Assembly: GCA_965207065.1 (NCBI GenBank)
Contig: OZ242260.1
Coordinates: forward strand, 672,001-736,000
Length of the DNA: 64,000 nt
Reading direction: 5' to 3'
DNA from: a bacterium
GTDB lineage: Bacteria; UBA8248
The notes beneath the pieces are model-generated. The model made no database searches. It saw only the letters and a program-made list of their open reading frames with translations, and had not been told where the DNA came from. This document shows positions 50,553-59,163 of the stretch, piece after piece (positions within the stretch are counted from its first letter, which is position 1; each line of letters starts with the position of its first letter). The position numbers were made by a program, and so were the translations under genes.

Positions 50553-50989
50553 GACCTCCCTTCCGTCAACATCTTGTCGCGCGCCTCGAACGCCTCTCGT
50601 ATCTCCCCGAGATGCTTCATCGACTTGTCGATGGTATTCCGCAGGTCCTCAAAATCAATCGGCTTGTTGAGGAAATCGAATGCGCCCCTGTTCATAGCCG
50701 TGCGGATGTTTTTCATGTCTCCATATGCGGAGACGATGACGCAGCGCAGCTTGGGGTCATATGCCGGAATTTGCTCGAGCAAAGTGAGGCCGTCCATCTC
50801 CGGCATGTTGATGTCGGTGATGACGATGTCGATTCCATTGTCTCCGCTCAGGCATTCGAGCGCTTCGACCCCGTTGCGCGCGTATACGAACGAATAGCGA
50901 CCGCTGCGAATCTCGCGCCGCATTCGCTGATTCACGAGGTCTTCGAGGTCCGGTTCATCATCCACCACGAGTATCCGGCAGGTTTCCAT
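50549..50989 (-). CDS. Single-domain response regulator, paralogue of the REC domain of the downstream phosphatase
   Basis: RILVVDDEPDLE...DINMPEMDG...AYGDMKNIRTAMNRGAFDF. Confidence 0.9.
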   Translation of the reverse strand: METCRILVVDDEPDLEDLVNQRMRREIRSGRYSFVYARNGVEALECLSGDNGIDIVITDINMPEMDGLTLLEQIPAYDPKLRCVIVSAYGDMKNIRTAMNRGAFDFLNKPIDFEDLRNTIDKSMKHLGEIREAFEARDKMLTEGRS

Positions 50990-51403
50990 TTTCCTGACTA
51001 TCTCCTCATTGCCCCTGCTGCGCTCGCCCAGCGGATCCGACAAATACGAATCCCAGCTAAATGTATAAAAGACTTACCCTTCGCGCAACTCATTTTTTAA
51101 CTTCACCCATGCAATCCGAGGAGCGGAGCAGCGGTTTGCAACCCTCTGAAGCCCAGGCTCCTACTGCGCACGACCACGGCTCGACACCACTGCTCCAGCG
51201 GATTTCATCCATCATGAATCCTCTCCCGCGAGCAACTCGGCCTCGCGAGCCCGTTAGCAGACCCTGGGCCGAACGGGGATAAGACCTCGAATATTTCATC
51301 TGCCGCCTGCTTGTCCCGACCCTGGTGTTTGCGTATCTTGAGGCGCGACCCATCGAGTGGTCCTGAAGCCGCCGACCACCGCAACATCGAGAAAGGTTCC
51401 TCC

Positions 51404-51991
51404 TTGTCCAGAAAAGCCAAGAGAAAAAAGCAACGTCCCCGACCCGCCGAGCACGGCTCTTCGCGCCAGGCGAGAGCCAGAGGCTCCAGGAACAAGCGTA
51501 CGGCCCCGCTCGTGTGGGCGATCGTCATCGTCGCGGTCGTCATCGGCGTCTACTACTTTACAGGCGCATCCGCGAACAAAGCGCGCAACGTGCCCTCCCT
51601 CGGCAACCGCCACATCCGCGTCGGCACGAGCGGCGCCATCTCCTATAACACGGAGCCTCCTACCTCGGGTCCCCATTACCCGACCATCGTCCGCTGGGGC
51701 GTTCACCGGAGCCCGATCGACAAGGGCTTCCAGGTGCACAACCTGGAAGACGGCGGCGTTCTCGTGCAGTATAACTGTTCCGATTGTCCCGAACTCGTGA
51801 AAAAACTCGGAAATCTGGTGCGAGACTACCCGAAGTTCGTCATTCTCGCCCCGTATCCCTCCATGAAGCACAGAATCGCGCTCACCGCCTGGGGCAAGAT
51901 AGACACGCTGGAGGCTTTTGACGAAAAGCGCATCACCGCCTTCATCGACGCCTATCGCGGCCTTGACCACCACCCGAGGGGGAGGCGATAG
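51404..51991 (+). CDS. Membrane-anchored DUF3105-like protein
   Basis: Basic N-terminus, one TM segment, YNTEPPTSGPHY, VHNLEDG and ALTAW. Start codon (TTG) uncertain. Confidence 0.75.
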   Translation: MSRKAKRKKQRPRPAEHGSSRQARARGSRNKRTAPLVWAIVIVAVVIGVYYFTGASANKARNVPSLGNRHIRVGTSGAISYNTEPPTSGPHYPTIVRWGVHRSPIDKGFQVHNLEDGGVLVQYNCSDCPELVKKLGNLVRDYPKFVILAPYPSMKHRIALTAWGKIDTLEAFDEKRITAFIDAYRGLDHHPRGRR

Positions 51992-52070
51992 GGGTTCTCA
52001 AGAACGGTGGACGGTAATACCCCGCGCGCGATGCGACGGGACAATACCGAAGCGCGCCCGCACGGGCTTC

Positions 52071-53816
52071 TCAACTCCCTGTGACCCTTCCCGTCCCGGG
52101 GACCTCCACTCGAACGGTCACGATGTCCGTGTCGTGATATTGCTGGTGGCGGACCGACGATGCGAGGTGGCGCAGCAGCCTGAGCGAGACTTCGCGCTCG
52201 ATGGGCGCGCCTGCCGTCTGCTCGCCGAGCAGCGCGATTTTATCCTGCAGGTTCTCCTCCCCGCCCGCGGCGACGAACTCCATCACTGCGCCGCCGTCTT
52301 CCTTATGCGCCACCACGAGCAGCCGCCTTCGCTCGCGGTCCTCATCTGCTTCATCCTGACGCAGAATCGTCAGCAGCGTCTCCTCGCCCACGGCGTCGAG
52401 GCGTTGCGCCATCGCCTCATCCCAGCCGCCGGCGGAGGCGAAATCACCGAGAAAATCCCGTATCTTCGGAAGCGCCGAGATGTCGAACGCCACCTCGATA
52501 CGGCTGCGCCGCGGCTCGGTGAGTTCGACGAACAAGGTCATGATCATGGCGACGAGTCCGCCGGCCGTCATTCCGTTGTTCAGAAGGCCGCCAGCGAACC
52601 CCGTGAAATAATCCGGGAAGATCACGCCGTTCTGGAAGCCGACGCCCGCCCAGAACGCGACGCCCGCCACCAGCCCCTTGCGGTAGTCGATCCCGTCCTG
52701 AACGACCATCCGCATGCCGACAATGAAGAGCATCGCCAGCAACACGGTGATGTAGGCAGCGGCGACCGGGGCCGGTATCGCCAGCACCAGGGCGACCAGC
52801 TTGGGCAAAAACGCCAGGGAGAGAAACACCAGCCCGGCGGCGATTCCCACGCTGCGCGCGCCGACGCCGGTGAGTTCGGTGACGGACACGCTCGTCGAAT
52901 AGGTCGTGTTCGGCACCGTCGCCAACAGACCGGAGAGCAGGTTGCCCACACCGTCGGCCGCCACCGCGCCCTGCACCGCCTTGAAATCCACCGCCCGGGG
53001 CCGCCGCCAGGACACGCGCTGGATAGCGGCGCCGTCGCCCACGGTTTCGATGGCGCCGATTAAGGTCACGAACACGAACCCGGGAAGAAGCGTCCAGAAA
53101 ACCGGCCCGAAGCTCAGGTCCAGGCCCGGCCACGCGCCTTGGGGAAGACCGACCCACGAAGCCCCGGCGACGCGGGCCGTATCGTAGATGCCGAAATAAC
53201 CGCCGATTATCGAGCCCGTAACCACACCGATCACCGGCGCCCACAGGCGCAGCGCCCCCGTCGCCTTGAGCGCGATGCCGACGATGACGGTCACCGCCGC
53301 CAGCGCGCTCAGCGGAGCGGCGAGCGGCGAGCTGCCCTTCGGCACGTCATCGAGCATGTTGAAGACGATGGGCATCACCGTCACCGCTATCAGCATGATG
53401 ACGGTTCCCGCGACGGTCGGCGTCAGCACACGCCGGAACAGCGAGAGCCTTTCTGAGAGCACGAACTGAAACAGCGAGGAGGCGAGAACCAGCGTGGCGA
53501 GCATCCCCGGTCCTCCCTTGGCGAGCGCCGCGATGCAGACCGCGATGAAAGCGCCCGAGGTGCCCATGATGAGCACGTAGCCCGCGCCGAAGCGGCCGAC
53601 CCTGTACGCCTGGAGCATCGTGGTCGCGCCGCAGACCGCCAGGCCGGCGAACACGGCCCACGAGAGATAATCCTCCGTTCCGCCGGCGGCCCGCACCACG
53701 ATCAACGGCGTGAACACAATGCCGCCCACGCAGAGGATGGCGAGCTGCATCCCCAGACCGAACGAGAGCAGGGGCGGCGGTTTTTCGTCGGCTTCGTAGC
53801 GGACGTCGGTGTTCAT
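52071..53816 (-). CDS. NCS2 (xanthine/uracil permease) family protein with a C-terminal RsbW-like HATPase-fold extension
   Basis: LGMQ, GTSGAF, ETVGD, ADGVG and NAT-like segment PNTTYSTSV..TELTGV. The ~150-aa tail aligns by eye to the RsbW at 48919. Confidence 0.85.
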   Translation of the reverse strand: MNTDVRYEADEKPPPLLSFGLGMQLAILCVGGIVFTPLIVVRAAGGTEDYLSWAVFAGLAVCGATTMLQAYRVGRFGAGYVLIMGTSGAFIAVCIAALAKGGPGMLATLVLASSLFQFVLSERLSLFRRVLTPTVAGTVIMLIAVTVMPIVFNMLDDVPKGSSPLAAPLSALAAVTVIVGIALKATGALRLWAPVIGVVTGSIIGGYFGIYDTARVAGASWVGLPQGAWPGLDLSFGPVFWTLLPGFVFVTLIGAIETVGDGAAIQRVSWRRPRAVDFKAVQGAVAADGVGNLLSGLLATVPNTTYSTSVSVTELTGVGARSVGIAAGLVFLSLAFLPKLVALVLAIPAPVAAAYITVLLAMLFIVGMRMVVQDGIDYRKGLVAGVAFWAGVGFQNGVIFPDYFTGFAGGLLNNGMTAGGLVAMIMTLFVELTEPRRSRIEVAFDISALPKIRDFLGDFASAGGWDEAMAQRLDAVGEETLLTILRQDEADEDRERRRLLVVAHKEDGGAVMEFVAAGGEENLQDKIALLGEQTAGAPIEREVSLRLLRHLASSVRHQQYHDTDIVTVRVEVPGTGRVTGS

Positions 53817-54092
53817 GTGCTGATCGGAACCCTTGGCGCTCAATGTCGTATCCTTCCCGGCCGGCAAGCGGGTCTGCGGTGGAGCGGAAACCCATGCTCG
53901 ATATGCTTCGTAGCGGATAGCCAAGTTTCTCACACCACTTCCGGCCCCTCAAGAAAAAAACCCTGCGAAGGATACCGACGGGCAAAATAGCTCATCCGGC
54001 GCGATGTCAGGGATGAATTCGGGGTTGGGGGGGAGCTTGAGGGGAAAAATAGCATAATTTATGTTTTTTTCCGGCGAAAGGTTATATTTTTA

Positions 54093-54120
54093 TTGACGAG
54101 GCGATCACGGCGCATATACT
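54093..54120 (+). promoter_or_regulatory. Sigma70-like promoter upstream of the NHLP precursor
   Basis: TTGACG-16nt-TATACT. Confidence 0.55.
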
Positions 54121-54262
54121 TTCCTTAAGTTGTTATTTTTTTCCGGAGCGAAGAGGCGGAATATCACCGCTCTCAGACGCTTGCTGCCGCATGGCCCCCC
54201 GGCCATGGGAGGAATCTCACACCACCCGCAATCGGGCGGCATTTTGTGGAGAACGCGAAGCA

Positions 54263-54550
54263 GTGAAAACCATCGAGGAAGTAAGAGAGGGTATCATCCG
54301 AAAAGCCAGCGAGAACGAGGCGTTCCGCTCCGAATTGCTTACCGACCCCAAGGCCGCCATCGAGAAGGAACTGGGGGTCACCATTCCCGAGGGATTCAAG
54401 ATCGGCGTGCACCAGGACAACCTCATGAGCATCAACCTGGTGTTGCCGCCTGCCGAATTGAGCGAGGCGGACCTCAACGCCGTCGTGGCCGGCTCGGGGT
54501 CCATGCTGGACCTTGCCAGCGCCTGGAACAGCTTGAACCAGAACTCCTGA
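54263..54550 (+). CDS. NHLP (nitrile hydratase-like leader peptide) RiPP precursor
   Basis: IIRKA..NEAFRSELLTDPKAAIEKELG..IP...LVLPP followed by the double-glycine-type motif ELSEADLNAVVAG. Predicted core SGSMLDLASAWNSLNQNS. GTG start after GGAG. Confidence 0.9.
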   Translation: MKTIEEVREGIIRKASENEAFRSELLTDPKAAIEKELGVTIPEGFKIGVHQDNLMSINLVLPPAELSEADLNAVVAGSGSMLDLASAWNSLNQNS

Positions 54551-54747
54551 TGCGATATACCGAAACAGTTCCATAATTTGCTCGACAGGTTTGCCGGAAA
54601 ACCCCGGGAGGGGCAGGTGCGGGAAACCTCCTTGCGGGTTTATGCGGCTCTGCGACCCGCTTCACTGAAGGGAGACCAAGGGGCCGAGTTTGCTCATCGT
54701 CGCCTTGATAAAAATGGATACATCCTGCTCAGAAACAGGATTAGACG

Positions 54748-55842
54748 ATGGCTGAGAATTTCGGGGATGTCTTTCCCAGGCTGCGCCGCTTTATTCCATC
54801 CTCCCTGCTCGACGGCCCGTGGCGGGGTCGCCTGGAGGAGCGCGTCGGTGAACTTCCGGGTTGGCTGACGCTCAATTACGCGGCGTTCGAGTTCCGGCTG
54901 GGAGACCCTGCGCCCGCCGCCGATTATTTCGTATCGCTCGCGCCGGGGCGGCCGTCTTTGGAGTATTTCGTTCGTCAGGGCGAGGACGCAAAGCCCGATT
55001 CCCCGGAGGCGGCCCTCGGCCGGGTCTTCGCCCGCATGAACGGAGTGGCTCCCCCTTCCGAACCCTCTCTCGCCGGCTGGTTCAGGGCGTCGATGCTCGA
55101 ATACGACATCGCGGAGGTCCCTTCGGACCTGAACCCGGCCCCGGGCGTATTCCTGGCGCTGCAGCCCGAGTCAGAACTGGATAAAGATGTCGCGGGTTCG
55201 AGAACCCCCGACCGCCTGGCCGCCGCCATAGCGAATGCGGTCGGGTGGGAGGAGGACGAGGAGGAGCGCAGATCCGTGGAGCGGGTCTTCGCCGCCTTGC
55301 CCCGTGACGGCGTGGTGGACCAGATCGGCGCCGTGGCGCAGCGAGAGCCGCGCTCCATACGCCTCATCATGGACGGGTTGAAGCAGCGAAACATGCCGGC
55401 GTTGCTCAAGCGGCTGAAGTGGGAAGGCTCCGCCCGGAAGGTGATGGACATTCTGGAGGAGATGCGTGACGTGACGCCCGTCTTCCGGCTGGCCGTGGAC
55501 GTCGCCGCGAACGGGGTGGGTCCGCGCCTGGGCCTCGAGATGTACAGGCCGAGGAAACCCTCGAACCTCGACTACTGGCTCACGTCCGGGCGCAACGCCT
55601 GGCGTCCCGTCGTGGACTACCTCGAAGAGATGAAATGGTGCCTGCCGGAGAAGGGAGCCGGGCTGCGCGCCTTCCCGGGAATCGAGCGGCTCTTCGAGGA
55701 AAAAGGCATGTCCATCCTCTACAAGGGGATCAACCACTTCAAGCTCTCGATCGAGGGCGACGCCATCGAGGCCAAGGCCTACGCCGCCCTCGCCTACTTC
55801 CGGCTCTACGCCGACTCGGAGGGTGAGTCCGGGCAGGCGTGA
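54748..55842 (+). CDS. Uncharacterised protein, putative RiPP-modifying enzyme (possible ABBA/PT-barrel prenyltransferase fold)
   Basis: 364 aa, soluble, directly downstream of the NHLP gene. Short beta-strand-like motifs FEFRL, LEYD, SIRL, RLGLEMY, NHFKL and EAKAY. The function is an inference. Confidence 0.55.
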   Translation: MAENFGDVFPRLRRFIPSSLLDGPWRGRLEERVGELPGWLTLNYAAFEFRLGDPAPAADYFVSLAPGRPSLEYFVRQGEDAKPDSPEAALGRVFARMNGVAPPSEPSLAGWFRASMLEYDIAEVPSDLNPAPGVFLALQPESELDKDVAGSRTPDRLAAAIANAVGWEEDEEERRSVERVFAALPRDGVVDQIGAVAQREPRSIRLIMDGLKQRNMPALLKRLKWEGSARKVMDILEEMRDVTPVFRLAVDVAANGVGPRLGLEMYRPRKPSNLDYWLTSGRNAWRPVVDYLEEMKWCLPEKGAGLRAFPGIERLFEEKGMSILYKGINHFKLSIEGDAIEAKAYAALAYFRLYADSEGESGQA

Positions 55843-56200
55843 CGGTGGGATGAAAACAGAAAGCCGTTCAAGTACGACAATACCCCCTGCCCCTCTCCCG
55901 CCACGAATACGACGTCCTCGCACCGGACGTGCTCGCAGAACGCCAAGGGGCGGATTTCCACGCGAAACGGGGGACTGCTCTTTTTCAGGACTTCCTTGCT
56001 ATCGCAGGCGCGGCGGTTTCGGGCGGGTTCTCAGAACGCGGGCATGTCGAGGCCCGATTCGCGGCGCGTCATCCTCCGCGCGGGTGAACACACGGGGAAC
56101 GCCGGGATTTCAAGATACGGCGAATCTTCATGTTTTCGATAATTCCCTGATATCTTATCTATTTGAATTGCATATGGTTACATGATATCCGCGCCCCGGA

Positions 56201-56229
56201 TTGACACCCCGGAAGCCCCTTTTTACTAT
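56201..56229 (+). promoter_or_regulatory. Sigma70-like promoter of the cytochrome c' gene
   Basis: TTGACA-17nt-TACTAT. Confidence 0.6.
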
Positions 56230-56276
56230 GGGGCATTCTTGGGAAGAGCCGTCCAGGCCGCCAATGAGGAGTGGAT

Positions 56277-56750
56277 ATGCGAATCGGGAAATGGGTGTGC
56301 GCGCTGGTGTGCGTGGTCTTGATGGCGGTGGTTTTTCTTCCCTCTTTTACCGCAGGCCAGGACGAGCAGACGATGCGCGGCGTGCAAAGGGTGCGCGTGC
56401 GCACGATGAAGAGCATCAGCCGCGCGATGCGCCGGGTCAAGGTCTACACCAAGAAGGCGAACTACAAGCGCGTCGCGGCGGCGGCGGAGGAAATCGCGCT
56501 GCTCTCGGCGGCGATTCCTTATCTCAGCCCCAAGGGCAGCGCTTTCGGCAAGACGCGGATCAAGGCGGAAGTCTGGAGCCGTTTCGACGACTACACGAAA
56601 ATCGCCAGAGATTCGGCGCAAATCGCGAGAGACGTCGCCAAAGCGGCTCAGGCGAAAGATAAGGATGCCGTGCTGAAAGCGTTCAGCGCCTTGTCGGACA
56701 GCTGCACGCAGTGCCACAAGCCGTTCCGCAAGAAAAAGAAAAGAAAATAA
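56277..56750 (+). CDS. Cytochrome c'/c556-like class II cytochrome c
   Basis: Signal peptide, helical body and C-terminal CxxCH (CTQCHKPFR). Confidence 0.88.
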   Translation: MRIGKWVCALVCVVLMAVVFLPSFTAGQDEQTMRGVQRVRVRTMKSISRAMRRVKVYTKKANYKRVAAAAEEIALLSAAIPYLSPKGSAFGKTRIKAEVWSRFDDYTKIARDSAQIARDVAKAAQAKDKDAVLKAFSALSDSCTQCHKPFRKKKKRK

Positions 56751-56785
56751 GCCACAGCCGCTCCACACAGGTTCGAGGACGCGCA

Positions 56786-57669
56786 TTGATCACCCGGCCC
56801 ACGGTTCCCGGGCCGACCCGGATACGAAACCGCCGAAATTCAAGGCTCCCCCGGGAGCGGCGGATTGTCATTTTCATATTTTCGGGCCCGAGGCGGAGTA
56901 TCCCTACGCCGAGCCCAGGCGGTACACGCCCGTTCAGGTACTGGAGAACGACTACCGGAAGATGGCCGGCGTTCTGGGCCTGGAACGGGGCGTCGTGGTG
57001 CAGGCGAGTCCCTATGGCGCGGACAACGCAAGAGTGCTCGAGGCGATTCGCGTCTTAGGACCGGGCTATGTCGGCGTGGGCGTGGTGGATGCGGACGCCT
57101 CTGAGGAGCGGCTCGATGAGTTGAACCGGCTCGGCATCCGGGGCGCCCGCATCAACATGGCTTCGGGAGGCAGAAGCGGAATCGAGCGGATGAGTGAGTT
57201 GGCCGCCAAAATCAAGGATTTCGGCTGGCACATGCAGTTTCATTTACACGCCGGGCAGTTGCCCGTTTATGAAGAGCAGTTCTGGAGACTGCCGGTCGAC
57301 GTGGTGTTCGACCACATGGGTCTTTTCCCCGCGGATTTGCCAATCACGCACCCCGATTTCAGGCTGCTGCTTCGTTTGCTCGAAAGCGGGAACGTATGGG
57401 TGAAGCTGAGCGGCGCCGAGCGCATCTCCAGGAGCGGCTCTCCTTACCACGACGCCATCCCCGTGGCGCGCGCCTTGATTGACGCCGCACCCGAGCGAGT
57501 GGTGTGGGGGACCGATTGGCCGCACACGAACGTGAAGCCCATCATTCCCAATGACGGGGATTTGATGGACCTTCTCGCGGAATTCGCGCCTGAGGACAGC
57601 GTGCGCCGGAGAATACTGGTGGAGAACCCTTGCGCCCTCTACGGGTTCGAGGAACGGAAATCCCTCTGA
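56786..57669 (+). pseudogene. Amidohydrolase_2 family protein (LigI/2-pyrone-4,6-dicarboxylate lactonase-like) with an apparent 1-bp frameshift near the 5' end
   Basis: GAGGA + TTG 56786 reads MITRPTVPGP, but DPDTKPPKFKAPPGAADCHFHIFGP and the rest (DHMG, VKLSG, WGTDWPH) are in another frame with no upstream ATG/GTG/TTG. Confidence 0.6.
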
Positions 57670-57690
57670 GGCGGGATAGCCTTCTCGGGG

Positions 57691-59142
57691 TCAGTTCCCC
57701 AGTTTTTCCCGGAGTATCTCCTGTAAGGCTTTGGGGTTGGCCTTGCCTCCGGTGGCCTTCATCGCCTGGCCGACGAAAAAGCCCATGAGCTTCGTTTTTC
57801 CGCCCCGGTAGGCTTCGACTTCTTCGGGGTTTGACGCAATTACATCCTCCACGACGCTCTCGATGGCGCTCGTGTCCGTGATCTGCCTTAATCCTTTCTC
57901 TTCCACGATGGTCTCGGGGTCTTTGCCGCTCTCCGCCACCTGGTCGAACACAGTCTTTGCGATTTTCCCGCTGATAGTGCCGTCGTTGATGAGCAAGATC
58001 ATCCTGGCCAGCCGCTCGGGCGGTATGGGACATTCCTCGATGGTGATCTTTCGTTCGTTCAACAGGCGCAACACGTCGCCCATCACCCAGTTGCTCGCCG
58101 CCTTGGCCTGCTCTTTCCCGGCGGCCTCGACGACCTTATCGAAATAGGCGGCCAGTTCCTTCTCCGCCGTGAGAACTTCCGCATCGTACCGGGGGAGGCC
58201 GAATTCGTCCTGAAAGCGTTTGCTTTTCGCGTCGGGAAGCTCCGGCAGTTGCGCACGGACTTCATCGAGCCATTTCGCGTCCACGGTCAGGGGCACCAGA
58301 TCGGGGTCCGGGAAATAGCGGTAATCATGCGCGTATTCCTTCGATCGCATTCCCCGCGTTACGCCGGCGGACTCGTCCCAGAGCCTGGTTTCCTGGTGAA
58401 TGACGCCGCCGGAATCCAGGATTTCGCGCTGGCGCTTTTCTTCATGCTCGAGCGCTCGCCTGAGATTCCGAAAAGAATTCATATTCTTGATTTCCACCTT
58501 CTCGCCGAATTTCTCCGACCCTTCCGGCCTGAGAGAAATATTGGCGTCGCACCGCAGGCTGCCTTCCTGCATGTTGCCGTCGGAAATATCCAGGTAACGC
58601 ACCAGGGTACGGATTTTCCGCATGTAGGATTCGGCGTCTTCGGGGTTTCTCAGTTCCGGTTCTGAAACAATTTCCAGAAGCGGCACGCCGGCGCGGTTGA
58701 GATCGGAATAGGAATGGTTCGGGTCTCCCAGTTCGTCGCCATGAATCAGCTTGCCGGCGTCTTCTTCCATATGGATTCTCGTGAGATTGATGCTCAAGTC
58801 ACGCCCGTCTTTAGTTGCGAAATGAACACGTCCCCCCGTGCAAATAGGCTCTTCGTATTGGCTGATTTGATATCCCTTGGGGAGGTCCGGATAGAAGTAA
58901 TGTTTCCGGGCGAACCGACAGACAGGCGCAACCTCCGCCCCGACGGCCAGGCCAAGCCTCAGGGTGGACTCCACGACTTCACGATTCAGAACCGGCAGTA
59001 CGCCGGGCAGCCCGAGGTCTACCGTGCAGGTATATTCGTTCGCTCCGCCTCCGAATGCGGCGCTTGAACCGCAGAATATCTTGCTTTCCGTATTCAGCTG
59101 GGCGTGCACTTCAAGGCCGATTACCGTTTCGTAAGCCATCAT
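57691..59142 (-). CDS. gatB: Asp/Glu-tRNA(Asn/Gln) amidotransferase subunit B
   Basis: IGLEVHAQL, RKHYFYPDLPKGYQISQ, RIHMEEDAGK and DYRYFPDPDL. Confidence 0.97.
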   Translation of the reverse strand: MMAYETVIGLEVHAQLNTESKIFCGSSAAFGGGANEYTCTVDLGLPGVLPVLNREVVESTLRLGLAVGAEVAPVCRFARKHYFYPDLPKGYQISQYEEPICTGGRVHFATKDGRDLSINLTRIHMEEDAGKLIHGDELGDPNHSYSDLNRAGVPLLEIVSEPELRNPEDAESYMRKIRTLVRYLDISDGNMQEGSLRCDANISLRPEGSEKFGEKVEIKNMNSFRNLRRALEHEEKRQREILDSGGVIHQETRLWDESAGVTRGMRSKEYAHDYRYFPDPDLVPLTVDAKWLDEVRAQLPELPDAKSKRFQDEFGLPRYDAEVLTAEKELAAYFDKVVEAAGKEQAKAASNWVMGDVLRLLNERKITIEECPIPPERLARMILLINDGTISGKIAKTVFDQVAESGKDPETIVEEKGLRQITDTSAIESVVEDVIASNPEEVEAYRGGKTKLMGFFVGQAMKATGGKANPKALQEILREKLGN

Positions 59143-59163
59143 CCCCCTCAATCAAAATGCGGA

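Noticed and set aside
51142-51279. 6S RNA or SRP RNA identity for the rod-like hairpin
   Set aside because: It lacks the SRP domain IV motif and the two-sided central bubble of 6S. Kept only as an unknown structure.
54263-54550. Nitrile hydratase alpha subunit
   Set aside because: It lacks the CxxCSC metal-binding motif and ends in a double-glycine-type leader motif, so it is an NHLP precursor.
54548-54868. Selenocysteine read-through of the NHLP precursor's TGA stop (the frame stays open to 54868)
   Set aside because: No convincing SECIS-like hairpin right after the UGA, the extension would overlap the next gene by about 120 nt, and the short core is already typical.
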